Position numbers and translations under genes: made by a program. From a virus: a stretch of DNA of 60,355 nucleotides. The notes beneath the pieces were generated by a model. That model was not told the DNA's origin. It did not search any database and worked only from the letters and a program-made list of their open reading frames with translations. Where the stretch lies: positions 1 to 60,355 of IMG/VR virus record IMGVR_UViG_3300046791_000086. One strand, written 5' to 3'. Positions 49,077 through 58,498 of this stretch are shown piece after piece. Each line of letters starts with the position of its first letter. Positions within the stretch are counted from its first letter, which is position 1.

Positions 49077-52000
49077 CTATCTGTACCCGTATTCTGGAGC
49101 TTGTTTGTTACCGGACTGGAGAAGAGTATTCGGCACTACGTGGAACACGCGCCCAGCGCCTTCTGGCATAGTCAGCGCGCTCGGCATCTTGAGCGAGTCT
49201 ATCGCCGTCGCCCCGCCAGATACTAACGCATCGCGGTAGGCGGGGTCTAAAAGCAAGTTCTTCATGCCAGCTTTCTTTATCTTATCCATTGCCATTGCCA
49301 AGCCGATAGCACCGACGCCCGCCACGCCACCAAGGCCCCAACCGAATTGGCTGCCAACAAGGCCCCCCGTTGCCGCTGCTGACGGGCCGTAGTGAGTCAA
49401 GAAAGAAGTGGCCTGGGCCATGCCACTGGTCATAGCACCGCCCGAAGGCCGCATAGCGCCCGCCGAGACCGCGCCCAGCGACGGCGCAGCAGACTCTCTG
49501 GCTAGATACTGCGAGCCACTTGCAGTAAGTGATGGCAAGAAGTGAGCAATGCCCCTGAGCACAGTCATCTTATTCTGGGGGTTCGGTGGAACGCTTGGAT
49601 CGTATACCGAGTCAAACGCCCGCGAGAAATTATACGGGTCCACCACGCCAGTCGGGCTGTTCCCAACAGCGTCCTTTAGCACCATCGCGTTCTTATACTT
49701 CAGGTTTAGAGTATCCAACTCATCTGCAAGCGCGGGACGCTTCGCATTTAGCGCGGCATTCGAGACGGACTTTCTTAGCGAGTCGAGCAGTTGCCCCGCG
49801 TATTTTTTCGTGACGCCTGTGGAGCTTTGCATGAACTGGCCAAGCTCGGAGTCATTCGAGATGACTGCTTGCAAAGTATCCCCGTTAAGAGGAGAAGAAG
49901 TAATATCGTTCCGAACATTTTCGAGTATCCTCTGAAGTTCTGGGAGGTCTGACGTTAGCACTTTGTTATGAATAGTGTTCCAGGTATTATTCATGGCACT
50001 AATCATAGAGCCTTGCAGATTAAAGTTCGGCAAGGAGGCCAGCTTTCCATAGACATTGTTGTAGTCTGGCTTCACCGAAGTCCGCAGGTACTCATCAATA
50101 TTAGCTGCCGTGGGCGGCTTGTCTGGAGTCAGCCCAAGCGTACTGCCCGCCTCCCGGCTAAAGGCCGCTGACTGTGGCACATTCGCTTCAGCAGTAAGTG
50201 GCTGAGCTATATTGAAGAGCTTGGGTGAGTCTATCAACTGTTCTGGACGGGGAAGAGCATCATCCGGTATAACATTCCGAGCCATCTTCATGAAGTCTTG
50301 AGTGCCTTTAGGCATAGTTGCTGTAAGCGCTGGCCCTGCTCCAGTCATAAGTGGAGAAACCAACACCATACCCGGCGCACCGACAGCAGCCCCAAGAGCC
50401 ATATTTGTGCCAAGGTCTCCGCCTTCGTGCGGAGTCATAAAAGCCGCTTGCTCTGCACCCTCTGCCGCACCGCGCGCCGCCATAGTAGTCACAAAACTTG
50501 GCATAGACTTCTCTTCAAGAAGCCGTGGGTTTAGAGTGAAGAGTTTATTCACAAGCTCCGCTGGCCTTGCGAGCGCCGGAACAGCTGTTCCAAGTGTCTT
50601 TAACCCCCTGGCTGCGGTGGCGGCAGCCGCCTCGCTACCAAGCATAAGCCCAGGAATTGGCCCAGCTGTATCAGCCAGCAACGCTGCGCCAGGATGCAAG
50701 GCTTGGTACGCCCGCGACCGCGCGTCGTAGTCGGCAAGGTTCGCGTCCCGGTCCCCGCCAACCAGCATATTCTTCGCCCCGGCCAACTGCCTACCACCAC
50801 CCCATATAAGCTCATTCCCCGCATAGTCCGCGGCGGACAGAGGCTCGGCGTTGTTGACAAGGGGCTGGCCCTCATCCGAGGACATGGAAAAACCCTGCCG
50901 CGCAGAGCGAACAGTGTCTAGCTGCCGACGGGCCTCATCCGCCCTAGCCCGCACCGCGGCTTCAGAATACTCCCCCTCTCCCCGCAGAGCCTGCTCGCGC
51001 ATGTAGTCTTTTTCAAAGTCTGAATACAGCTCGCCATTCGGCGCAGCGTCAGGGATTTGCGGCACATAGGTAGACGCTGGCTGAGAGGTATCTTTCTCCC
51101 AGCCGTATTTCTTAGCCAGCGCACTTTCAAAGTCTCCAGAGTCCTGTGCCGGGGCTTGTTGCCCAGGTGGAACAAACGTATCCCCTTCCCAATGTCCAGC
51201 TTTTTCCGGTGCATCCTTTGCGTAGATAGACTGATCCGAAAACGTCGGATGATTGGGCTTCTTATAGGTATCTGGCCAGTGGCCAGTCTTTGCATCCGGC
51301 GTCAGCCCAGCCTTGAATGCTCCACGCAAGTCATAATCATCGCCACTATCCGAAGGAGCGTACTTCTGCTTCCAAGCCTGGAAGGCTTGCTCTTCGCTAG
51401 GAGACAACGGCGTGGTGAATGGGTCCGCAGGAGCCGGTTCGTCAATTTTCACCCCTTCAATGGTGGCTTTTTCTTCCGGGCTAAGAGGCTGATTTCCAGA
51501 CCTTTCTTGAGGCGGGCGAGCCATTTCCGCCGTAGCCGCTGGCACGTCAGACACCGTTTGCGTGGTTGTATCACCTGTTGGGACAATGTTTACATCTCCA
51601 GTTGGCGTGGCCCCCGGATCGGTGGAGAAGGGATTAAGCTCCCATGGCAAAGTCACCGGCTGGGGCGTAGGCTTCGCCGCTGCGTTCATAGCATCTGGCG
51701 ATGTCCCCGTAAGCAAGCCCGACAAGCCCGAAGGTTTCCAGTAGGGATTGGAGAGTATGCCCTGCAAACCCGTCAGGCCGTTAGGAAAGAGCTTCTTTAT
51801 ACCCATCAAGCCGCCAAGGAACCCGCCCTGCCTTGCAGGAGGCGCACCGGGTGCTGGGGCTTGGTTATAGGGTGCCATGGAGTCGTCAATAATAAAGGTC
51901 CGTTCGCCAAGGTTCGAAGCTGGTTCAACAACCCTAGCGTTCTTGCTTCGCATATAATCATTCACCGTATCCATCGGCCTGAGCGAAGAGCCCTGGATCA

Positions 52001-52481
52001 GTTCATTTCCCTGGGGCTCTTGAGAAGGAGCCTCGCTACTATCCCCCGCAGGGATGATGTTTGCAAACTGCTGAGAATTTGCCAAACGCACTGGCTGCGT
52101 ATTATCACCGTAGCGAATATACCGATGCAGCAAGGCGTTTGCTTGGCCCAAGTTGTCCGCCCCGCGAAACCGCCTTCCAGCAGAGGCTTCTTCATGCGCC
52201 ATCTCGTAGGGGATAAAGTCTAGCTGGATGCTGGGATTAGTCCAATCATTTCCAAACTTTGCATACTTAGGCTGCTTGGCGAAGTTCTGCAACGCAGCAA
52301 GCCTGTCCTCACGCCACTGAAGCAGCCCGCCCGCACCCTCGCCACTGTTCCACGAGGCCGGGTTAAAGCTAGACTCCTGCTGCATATTGCCCATAAGGGC
52401 CAAAGCCTGGGGCCGTGCAAAGCCCCTAGCCAAGAGCCCCTGGAAGATTTGCTGCGGAAGGAGGCTATTGAGCAGTGGCAT
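49077..52481 (-). CDS. Large ejection/internal virion protein with an N-terminal lysozyme-like domain (1134 aa)
   Basis: ATG at 52481 lies 5 nt after GGAGG (track start 52505). ALALMGNMQQESSFNP...GGLLQWREDRLAALQNFA matches the phage tail lysozyme pattern. Long Pro/Ala-rich remainder. Confidence 0.7.
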   Translation of the reverse strand: MPLLNSLLPQQIFQGLLARGFARPQALALMGNMQQESSFNPASWNSGEGAGGLLQWREDRLAALQNFAKQPKYAKFGNDWTNPSIQLDFIPYEMAHEEASAGRRFRGADNLGQANALLHRYIRYGDNTQPVRLANSQQFANIIPAGDSSEAPSQEPQGNELIQGSSLRPMDTVNDYMRSKNARVVEPASNLGERTFIIDDSMAPYNQAPAPGAPPARQGGFLGGLMGIKKLFPNGLTGLQGILSNPYWKPSGLSGLLTGTSPDAMNAAAKPTPQPVTLPWELNPFSTDPGATPTGDVNIVPTGDTTTQTVSDVPAATAEMARPPQERSGNQPLSPEEKATIEGVKIDEPAPADPFTTPLSPSEEQAFQAWKQKYAPSDSGDDYDLRGAFKAGLTPDAKTGHWPDTYKKPNHPTFSDQSIYAKDAPEKAGHWEGDTFVPPGQQAPAQDSGDFESALAKKYGWEKDTSQPASTYVPQIPDAAPNGELYSDFEKDYMREQALRGEGEYSEAAVRARADEARRQLDTVRSARQGFSMSSDEGQPLVNNAEPLSAADYAGNELIWGGGRQLAGAKNMLVGGDRDANLADYDARSRAYQALHPGAALLADTAGPIPGLMLGSEAAAATAARGLKTLGTAVPALARPAELVNKLFTLNPRLLEEKSMPSFVTTMAARGAAEGAEQAAFMTPHEGGDLGTNMALGAAVGAPGMVLVSPLMTGAGPALTATMPKGTQDFMKMARNVIPDDALPRPEQLIDSPKLFNIAQPLTAEANVPQSAAFSREAGSTLGLTPDKPPTAANIDEYLRTSVKPDYNNVYGKLASLPNFNLQGSMISAMNNTWNTIHNKVLTSDLPELQRILENVRNDITSSPLNGDTLQAVISNDSELGQFMQSSTGVTKKYAGQLLDSLRKSVSNAALNAKRPALADELDTLNLKYKNAMVLKDAVGNSPTGVVDPYNFSRAFDSVYDPSVPPNPQNKMTVLRGIAHFLPSLTASGSQYLARESAAPSLGAVSAGAMRPSGGAMTSGMAQATSFLTHYGPSAAATGGLVGSQFGWGLGGVAGVGAIGLAMAMDKIKKAGMKNLLLDPAYRDALVSGGATAIDSLKMPSALTMPEGAGRVFHVVPNTLLQSGNKQAPEYGYR

Positions 52482-54129
52482 TGTCGCCTCCAGGCGGTGG
52501 TGCATTCTTCACCAGAGCATCTTTCTGTTCTGCTGTGAGCTCTTTCCAGCCCTGCTTCCGCGCCCAAGAGTTCCACGCCGCGTCCACATTGCCATACGTC
52601 ATATCGCCCTGCAATGTCCCAGCCGGGTCTTTCGCCATAAGCTGTGTAACGTGCTGAGCGTAGGACTTGTAATAGTCCTGCTTGGCTTGGATATACTTTG
52701 CTTGCTCCAGCATGAACTTTATCAGCGCAGTAGTGGCGGTGCGGTTGTAGTTAGGTGTGAAGTTAGCCATCGCGGCGGTCTGGATTTCATTCGCGCTCAG
52801 GTCTCTGTTAGCGATGCCATTGCGCTTGTAGAAGCCCAACGCCAAGTTAGCAACAGTGAAATTAAACTGCTGCAATGCGCCCAGATCGCCGCCGACGACT
52901 TTCTTTGCAAGCTCGTCTCGCCCCATCATAGTGAAGAACGCCGCCAGCGGCTCTTTTATCGAAGTCGTACCGGGGCCAACGTCAACGCGCTTGATGAGTT
53001 CTTTTGCGTTTTCGAGATACGGGACTGTCTGCGAGATGACAGACGCTTGCTCGTCTAGAGCCGTGCGCTGGGCTTCGTACTTTGTGTAGTCTTTATCATA
53101 CGCCGTCTGCAGTACCGGCGGAAGGCTCTTGGGAACGGAATACTCTGGTGCTCCCGGAACCGGAGCTGGTACACCGCCCGGCATCTGGTCAGGCCGGATA
53201 CCAACTCCTGCCGCCCGCGCTGCATCGCTGCCAGCCGGGACAGTTATAAGATTGCCATGAGCATCTTGCACCTGCACCCCAGCCTGCTGCTCAGCCACCG
53301 TAGCCGTGTCAGGAGTCTGCCCGGTCTGCACCCGCGCCATGCCTTGAGGAGTCATAACGTCCGTGGTCTGCACTGTGCTGCCGCCAGCCTTGAAGCTATT
53401 AAGAGTGCCAAAGTTCCTCGCCAGCATTTCCTTGTCTGTCATGTTTGACATGGCAAAGTTGCGGATTTGCTGATCCAGGGCCGTGCCCTGCGCCGACATC
53501 TGCGAGGCAAACTGACTGGCTTCGCGCGAGGTGATAAGCCCCGACGCTGCGGCCTTGGCAAGCGTATTCGCCACGTCCTGCGCGGTTACATGCTGGCCGA
53601 CGTTGATCTGCGCCAGCAAGGGCTGCAAGTACCCTGCCACGGCGTTGTTGCGGGCGATACCATTTTGCAGCTCCTTGCCCACCGCGTCCGCGTCGAAGCC
53701 CTTGGTCTGGTACAAATTCTGCATGGCTTCTGGCGCGATGCTGGCCAAGGTCTTGCTCTTCGCAATACCCAGTGCAACGCCGGTGTAGTTCGGCTGGCCG
53801 GTGGCAGGATCAATGTTGTCTTTCCAGATGTTCCCAAGTTCCTGCTTCTGCCTCAAAGCATACATCTGCAACAGCATGTTTTGCTGCTGGCTCTGAATCT
53901 GTGTCTGGGCTTCCTGCATTTGCAGCGGAAACATCTGGGCACTTTGGTCCATCTGCTGCGCTTGCGCCGCCATGTTTTGGCGCGAAGCTGCAATGCCTTG
54001 GCCCCTTGCGATAGCCCCAGCAATGTCTACCGAGCCTGGCGGGGGCAAAGTCATTGGCTGCACAGGTACGCCCCCGCCGCCACCGCCGCCGCTACCAAAG
54101 GCATTATTCCAAGGGAGAATGTCTGGCAT
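52465..54129 (-). CDS. Ejection/internal virion protein candidate (554 aa)
   Basis: ORF track 52465..54132. ATG at 54129 overlaps the upstream stop. Gly run then a Gln/Ala-rich sequence. Role inferred from position. Confidence 0.55.
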   Translation of the reverse strand: MPDILPWNNAFGSGGGGGGGVPVQPMTLPPPGSVDIAGAIARGQGIAASRQNMAAQAQQMDQSAQMFPLQMQEAQTQIQSQQQNMLLQMYALRQKQELGNIWKDNIDPATGQPNYTGVALGIAKSKTLASIAPEAMQNLYQTKGFDADAVGKELQNGIARNNAVAGYLQPLLAQINVGQHVTAQDVANTLAKAAASGLITSREASQFASQMSAQGTALDQQIRNFAMSNMTDKEMLARNFGTLNSFKAGGSTVQTTDVMTPQGMARVQTGQTPDTATVAEQQAGVQVQDAHGNLITVPAGSDAARAAGVGIRPDQMPGGVPAPVPGAPEYSVPKSLPPVLQTAYDKDYTKYEAQRTALDEQASVISQTVPYLENAKELIKRVDVGPGTTSIKEPLAAFFTMMGRDELAKKVVGGDLGALQQFNFTVANLALGFYKRNGIANRDLSANEIQTAAMANFTPNYNRTATTALIKFMLEQAKYIQAKQDYYKSYAQHVTQLMAKDPAGTLQGDMTYGNVDAAWNSWARKQGWKELTAEQKDALVKNAPPPGGDNATAQ

Positions 54130-54734
54130 CACAGGAATCCTAACACACCACCGACGACAGTACCAAGGAGCTGGTTCTGCTGAGCCGCGTTATTCATAGC
54201 AATCGACGCAAGCTGGTTGCCTTCGTTTGAGTAGGTGTTACCAATGTTAGTGCCCAGCGTCATGGCATTATTGCCCTGCATGGCCGCTGCGTTCGCACCC
54301 ATCTGCACCGGCTGCATGAGCATGTTGTAGCCCGTGGTCCGGTTGGTCAGGTCATTGTTAAAAGCCTGCTGGTAGGTGGTGCTGGCAAGGCCCTGTGCAA
54401 ATTGCTCCGCGCCCTGCACCGCCGCGCCGCTATTACCAAGCCCCATGGAAGTTAGCTTGTTCTGGCCCGCTGTCAAGCCTTGGCCGAGGGCAAACTTATA
54501 GCCTGGGGTGCCTTCCAGCTGCTGCATGGTAGGGTTGAAGGTCTTGAGCAAGTCCGGCAACGCCGATTTGAATTTGTCCAGGCTCTCCAAACCAAAGCCC
54601 ACATACGGGGCTAAGATTTGTTTCATCTCCTGAAACATCTTCTCCTGTTCAGCGACACTCATCGCTGTGGCTTGTTTAATTGCGCCGGATGCGTCGTCTG
54701 CGCCACTACTCGCCATGAGCAGGTTCCTTTTCAA
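54129..54734 (-). CDS. Ejection/internal virion protein candidate (201 aa)
   Basis: ORF track. Gly/Asn/Gln/Ala-rich with a hydrophobic C-terminus. Overlaps the GNAT gene end. Confidence 0.5.
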   Translation of the reverse strand: MKRNLLMASSGADDASGAIKQATAMSVAEQEKMFQEMKQILAPYVGFGLESLDKFKSALPDLLKTFNPTMQQLEGTPGYKFALGQGLTAGQNKLTSMGLGNSGAAVQGAEQFAQGLASTTYQQAFNNDLTNRTTGYNMLMQPVQMGANAAAMQGNNAMTLGTNIGNTYSNEGNQLASIAMNNAAQQNQLLGTVVGGVLGFL

Positions 54735-55206
54735 ATTTCATCGAGTAGACTTCCGCGGTTTTCTTCATGCCAATGCGCTGCAAGAGCGCCCTTATAGGCT
54801 TGCCCTCCTGGCTCTGGATGAAGAGCATATCCACACCCGCCGCCTTGGCGACTTCCACGCCCATTTGAAGCAGCTTTAGCCCGAGCATCCCACCGCGGAC
54901 TTCGGGCTTTAGGTATATGGCTTCTTCCTGAGCGATGAGTGTGTGCTTGGACCTCATGTGGGGAGCAATCTTGAGGATGAAGTAGCCCACTAAAGCACCA
55001 TCGAGTCTTACAGTCAAGAAGAGTAATTGTCCGTCAGCATACAATCTGGCATATCGGCCCATGTCAAGATTCAGAGGCACATCCACACAATGCTGAAGTT
55101 CAGCCATATGCTCGAGAAAAAGTGGCTCGGCCTCGGGGATAAAGCGCTGCCAGGGCTCAATGCTAAACATCGGGCCAAGAGACTGGGGCTGGGCTAGAGC
55201 GCTCAT
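54706..55206 (-). CDS. GNAT-family N-acetyltransferase (166 aa)
   Basis: ATG at 55206 overlaps the stop of the fibre gene (ATGA). IYLKPEVRGGMLGLKLLQMGVEVAKAAGVDMLFIQS fits the GNAT acetyl-CoA-binding beta4-alpha3 region. Confidence 0.6.
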   Translation of the reverse strand: MSALAQPQSLGPMFSIEPWQRFIPEAEPLFLEHMAELQHCVDVPLNLDMGRYARLYADGQLLFLTVRLDGALVGYFILKIAPHMRSKHTLIAQEEAIYLKPEVRGGMLGLKLLQMGVEVAKAAGVDMLFIQSQEGKPIRALLQRIGMKKTAEVYSMKFEKEPAHGE

Positions 55207-55928
55207 ATCTTTATCATCCACTGGATAACCAAGTACGGAGGCAAGATATTGATGTCATCGCCAGAGCCTGTATCCCCCAAGGTGATCCCGGTAAAGGCTG
55301 GGTCTATAGTCGTCGCGGCGATAGCCGGGTCTAGAGTAATGCCTGTGGTCGCTGAGCCTGTCGCCCCTGCCGCTGCGCCCGCGCCAATTACCGTCGTTGC
55401 GGCTGTGTTTGTGGCCGTGAGCCCGACAGCCTCGTCCGTATGCACATGGCCGGGGTCAATTACGGTGTGAGTGTGCGGGCCAGTAGTTGTGCCATGAGTG
55501 TGTCCAGGGTCTGTAACATCGTGAGAATGCACAGGAAGCTGGCCCACAGAAAGGGTAAGTTCTTCGCTGCCACCACTGGAACCGAGAGCAAATCCTGACC
55601 CAGCACCAAAGAGACTCCGACCAGAAGCATCAGGCAGGTTAAAAGTATTAACTCCATCACCAGCACCCCAGAGAGTAGAAATCTTCGCAAAAAGCCCAGG
55701 GAAGGCCGCTCTGGAGACCGCGGAACCGTCGCAAAGTAAGTAGCCCTCAGGCAAAACACTGCCAGCAAAGGGTAGCATTACGCCGGTGGCCACCTGCACA
55801 GAGCCCAGCGCAGAGCCAGTCCGTGCCCAGATGGTGGAGAAAAATTGCCGCCACTCCTGCGTGAGCAAGCCCCCGGAGTCTACCACCGGAGCGCCAAGGT
55901 TGGGGAACTGGGTTACGGTGCTAGGCAT
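55203..55928 (-). CDS. Tail fibre protein with a phage tail-collar domain (241 aa)
   Basis: GVMLPFAGSVLPEGYLLCDGSAVSRAAFPGLF...GDGVNTFNLPDASGRSLFGAG...LTLSVGQLPVHSH is the tail-collar signature. Confidence 0.75.
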   Translation of the reverse strand: MPSTVTQFPNLGAPVVDSGGLLTQEWRQFFSTIWARTGSALGSVQVATGVMLPFAGSVLPEGYLLCDGSAVSRAAFPGLFAKISTLWGAGDGVNTFNLPDASGRSLFGAGSGFALGSSGGSEELTLSVGQLPVHSHDVTDPGHTHGTTTGPHTHTVIDPGHVHTDEAVGLTATNTAATTVIGAGAAAGATGSATTGITLDPAIAATTIDPAFTGITLGDTGSGDDINILPPYLVIQWMIKI

Positions 55929-57339
55929 CAGCTGGGTCCGGGGCGATAGAGACGCCGTTCAGAGCACTAACTCCCTCGCCACTCCAAGAGAGTTCAAACA
56001 CCCGGTTGCGGGCGGAGCCAAGCTGGGTGAATTGAATCTGGGTGTCGTATGCCCCTCTGGCGCCCATGTTTTGGAGGATTTTGCTGCCCCAAGACTTGCC
56101 AAAGTTATCGCTCTGGCGCAGAGTTATGAAGTTTTCTTGCCCGGCCAAGTCCCCAACGTCCATGTCCACCAGCAAAACTGGCTCGCTGATGCGCTGGGCT
56201 TCGTTGGAAATCACAGGCAGGGCACGGAGCCGTTTAATTGGCCCACCAATGGCGGCAGCATTGGCCGAATCCAAGAAATAGAGCTTGCCGTTTTCCCTAT
56301 CTCCGGCCACGAGTCTGCCGTAGGCAAAAGCAATTGCAGAGAAGCGGAAGCGGGCCTCTGTGCCATTGAGGTCTCCCCAGGTTTCTTCATGCCAAGACTC
56401 CTCGATGAGGTCATAGACCCAAGTTTGGTTCGCAGATGGGAAAGTCAAGGCATAGAAAAGATGCCCTTTGAACTGGTAGCAGATGCCTACCGCGTCATCA
56501 AGCTTCTTGAACTTGGAGAACACATCTTCCATGGCTCGTGTAGACACTCGGCTTATCGCATAGCCCTTGGAGAGGGCCACGAGGGCTTGGCCGTTAGGGT
56601 CTTTGGATAGGAACAAAATCGAGTTGCCGTGGTTGGCAATGCTGTACGGCGCGCAACAGCCAGTCTCCAAAAACGCCCCTGGCACAAGTTGGAACGGGAA
56701 CGAGTCCCCGGAGTTAAACCAAACTTCTGTAGAGGACTCACCGATAAGCCAGATTTCCCTATGGACAATGATAAGCCCCACAAGCTTGTCCGTCCGTCCA
56801 GACTTCTGCGCGAATTTCAGCGGCGAGAAAACCAAGGTATTGGAGTCAGAGACTCGGAAGGTCCGGGAGTTGGGCTCCGCGACGACCGTGAAGGTGTCCA
56901 TGAAGTCCACATGAGTCCCACCATAGAAGTACTGCGCGTCGTCAATAGTGGCGAAGTCGTGAGTCTTAAGGTTGACAGTGTACCCGAAGGGGCTCCCGTC
57001 TACGACCAGCAGGTCTTGGCCGTTGTCCTTCATCTTCACCGGGCGCTGGCCAGCCGTCCGCAAGACACCGAGTTCTGTGATTTCCCAGCGGTCGTTTATA
57101 TGAACCAGCCGAGAAGAACACACTCCGAAGAGTTCGCCGTTCTGGGCCAGAAAAAAGCCTCTCCAATGACCAGCAGGGAAGAACCCAGCCAATTCGTCGA
57201 ACCCTGGGGTAGGATAATGCGTGGTGGGGGCTTTGGCATCTTCCTGGTTCTTCTCTGAATACAAATTCACACACCGCTGCGCCCCCGCAATCACGCTGCG
57301 AGCCTCATACGCGCCGGAAAGCAGGTTAACTTTGGTCAA
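55921..57339 (-). CDS. Tail hub / packaged-DNA stabilisation protein candidate (P22 gp10-like position; 472 aa)
   Basis: TTG start 6 nt after GGGAG. Position two genes after coat, size, and beta-rich sequence ending LRQSDNFGKSWGS. Weak family recall. Confidence 0.45.
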   Translation of the reverse strand: MTKVNLLSGAYEARSVIAGAQRCVNLYSEKNQEDAKAPTTHYPTPGFDELAGFFPAGHWRGFFLAQNGELFGVCSSRLVHINDRWEITELGVLRTAGQRPVKMKDNGQDLLVVDGSPFGYTVNLKTHDFATIDDAQYFYGGTHVDFMDTFTVVAEPNSRTFRVSDSNTLVFSPLKFAQKSGRTDKLVGLIIVHREIWLIGESSTEVWFNSGDSFPFQLVPGAFLETGCCAPYSIANHGNSILFLSKDPNGQALVALSKGYAISRVSTRAMEDVFSKFKKLDDAVGICYQFKGHLFYALTFPSANQTWVYDLIEESWHEETWGDLNGTEARFRFSAIAFAYGRLVAGDRENGKLYFLDSANAAAIGGPIKRLRALPVISNEAQRISEPVLLVDMDVGDLAGQENFITLRQSDNFGKSWGSKILQNMGARGAYDTQIQFTQLGSARNRVFELSWSGEGVSALNGVSIAPDPADA

Positions 57340-57342
57340 GGA

Positions 57343-58095
57343 CTACTCCCAGTCCACAGATCTAGAAACGTAGTCCAATTCCCTGGGCATCTGCAAGGTA
57401 GGGACTTGAATATTCGCCGTGCGGAGGACATTCAGCGCGTCCGTGGCCAAGGCCACAACGGTAGGATGCTGCTGTTTGCGGTACGCCGCGCCAAGGCGGA
57501 TGGCCAAGTTGTAATGCAGCGCAGCATAGTATTCCGAAGGCAGGTTTATGGTCTGGCCTAAGCTGGTTAAGGCTGGGAGCTGGGTCTTAAAACAGACCAC
57601 AACCCGGCAGCCGTTGGCAAGGGGCACTGGCCACAGCAAAAATCTCCCAAGCGGAAAGGTCGGCTCATAGTAAAGCCACCCCGCGTTGCCGATTTGCTGC
57701 TTGGACCGGATACGATTGTAGTCCTCTTTCGAAGAGATTATGTTAAGGGGGTAGTCGATGCCGCCCTGAGTAGAGGCGATGTCGAAGTCATCATCGAAGG
57801 CGTCAGAGAAGCTGCCACCATTCACCAGCTGGAAGAAAGCGCTGTGGCACTTGTCCGGACGCTCGGGAAGTTCCAAATCTCCGCCAACGCCGACTGTGTA
57901 TGAGACTTTGCCGGTGGAGAGAATTGGATAGTTCTCCAGGCTGTAAATCAGCCAGCGCTTCTTATTCCACTGCGCAAGCATCCAGTTGAGTCTCTTGAAG
58001 CCATTCTGAGCATCTTCGGCCTTGAGTGTTACCCCAAGGCCCAAAATGCCCGCTTCGCGGAAAGACTCAGTAATTATTTCCCTTACAGTGGTCAC
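57343..58095 (-). CDS. Head-to-tail adaptor candidate (250 aa)
   Basis: GTG start 8 nt after AGGAG. Role inferred only from position between the coat and hub genes. Confidence 0.4.
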   Translation of the reverse strand: MTTVREIITESFREAGILGLGVTLKAEDAQNGFKRLNWMLAQWNKKRWLIYSLENYPILSTGKVSYTVGVGGDLELPERPDKCHSAFFQLVNGGSFSDAFDDDFDIASTQGGIDYPLNIISSKEDYNRIRSKQQIGNAGWLYYEPTFPLGRFLLWPVPLANGCRVVVCFKTQLPALTSLGQTINLPSEYYAALHYNLAIRLGAAYRKQQHPTVVALATDALNVLRTANIQVPTLQMPRELDYVSRSVDWE

Positions 58096-58106
58096 AAGAG
58101 TGACTC

Positions 58107-58439
58107 CTACGGTTTCACCAAGTCGTCAATACTAAGCGTGGCGGCAGGGGCCTTGGGCTTGGTCTTAGACTCAAGCTTCGCCGCGGCCTCGTGCAGAGGC
58201 GTAGCCTTTAGAGCCAAAAGCTCTCTTTCCAGTTCCCCCATGCGCAGAAGCAGCGCATCGCGTTCGCGCTGCAAGGGATTGTCCTCGGAGACCTCCGTGC
58301 CATCCTTGGCAACGATCTCCAAATGCTCCCGCTGTGTAGCGGCTAGCTGCTGGCTCCCATCTTTCAGAGTCACCCACTTTGGGTAAGGCTGGTACTCGTA
58401 CTCCGGGAACTTCATTTTCTCGTAAACACCTGCTGGCAT
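58107..58439 (-). CDS. Hypothetical head-module protein (110 aa)
   Basis: Internal ATG of track ORF 58107..58529, downstream of the post-coat hairpin. Confidence 0.5.
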   Translation of the reverse strand: MPAGVYEKMKFPEYEYQPYPKWVTLKDGSQQLAATQREHLEIVAKDGTEVSEDNPLQRERDALLLRMGELERELLALKATPLHEAAAKLESKTKPKAPAATLSIDDLVKP

Positions 58440-58465
58440 CTTCTTCGGGCTCCATCTAGAAACAA

Positions 58466-58489
58466 GCGGGGGCGTGATTGCCCCCGCTC
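58466..58489 (-). terminator. Stem-loop immediately after the coat gene (attenuator/terminator candidate)
   Basis: 9-bp stem AGCGGGGGC / GCCCCCGCT with a 6-nt loop. On the minus strand it is followed by TGTTTCT. Confidence 0.45.
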
Positions 58490-58498
58490 TTAGAAGTC

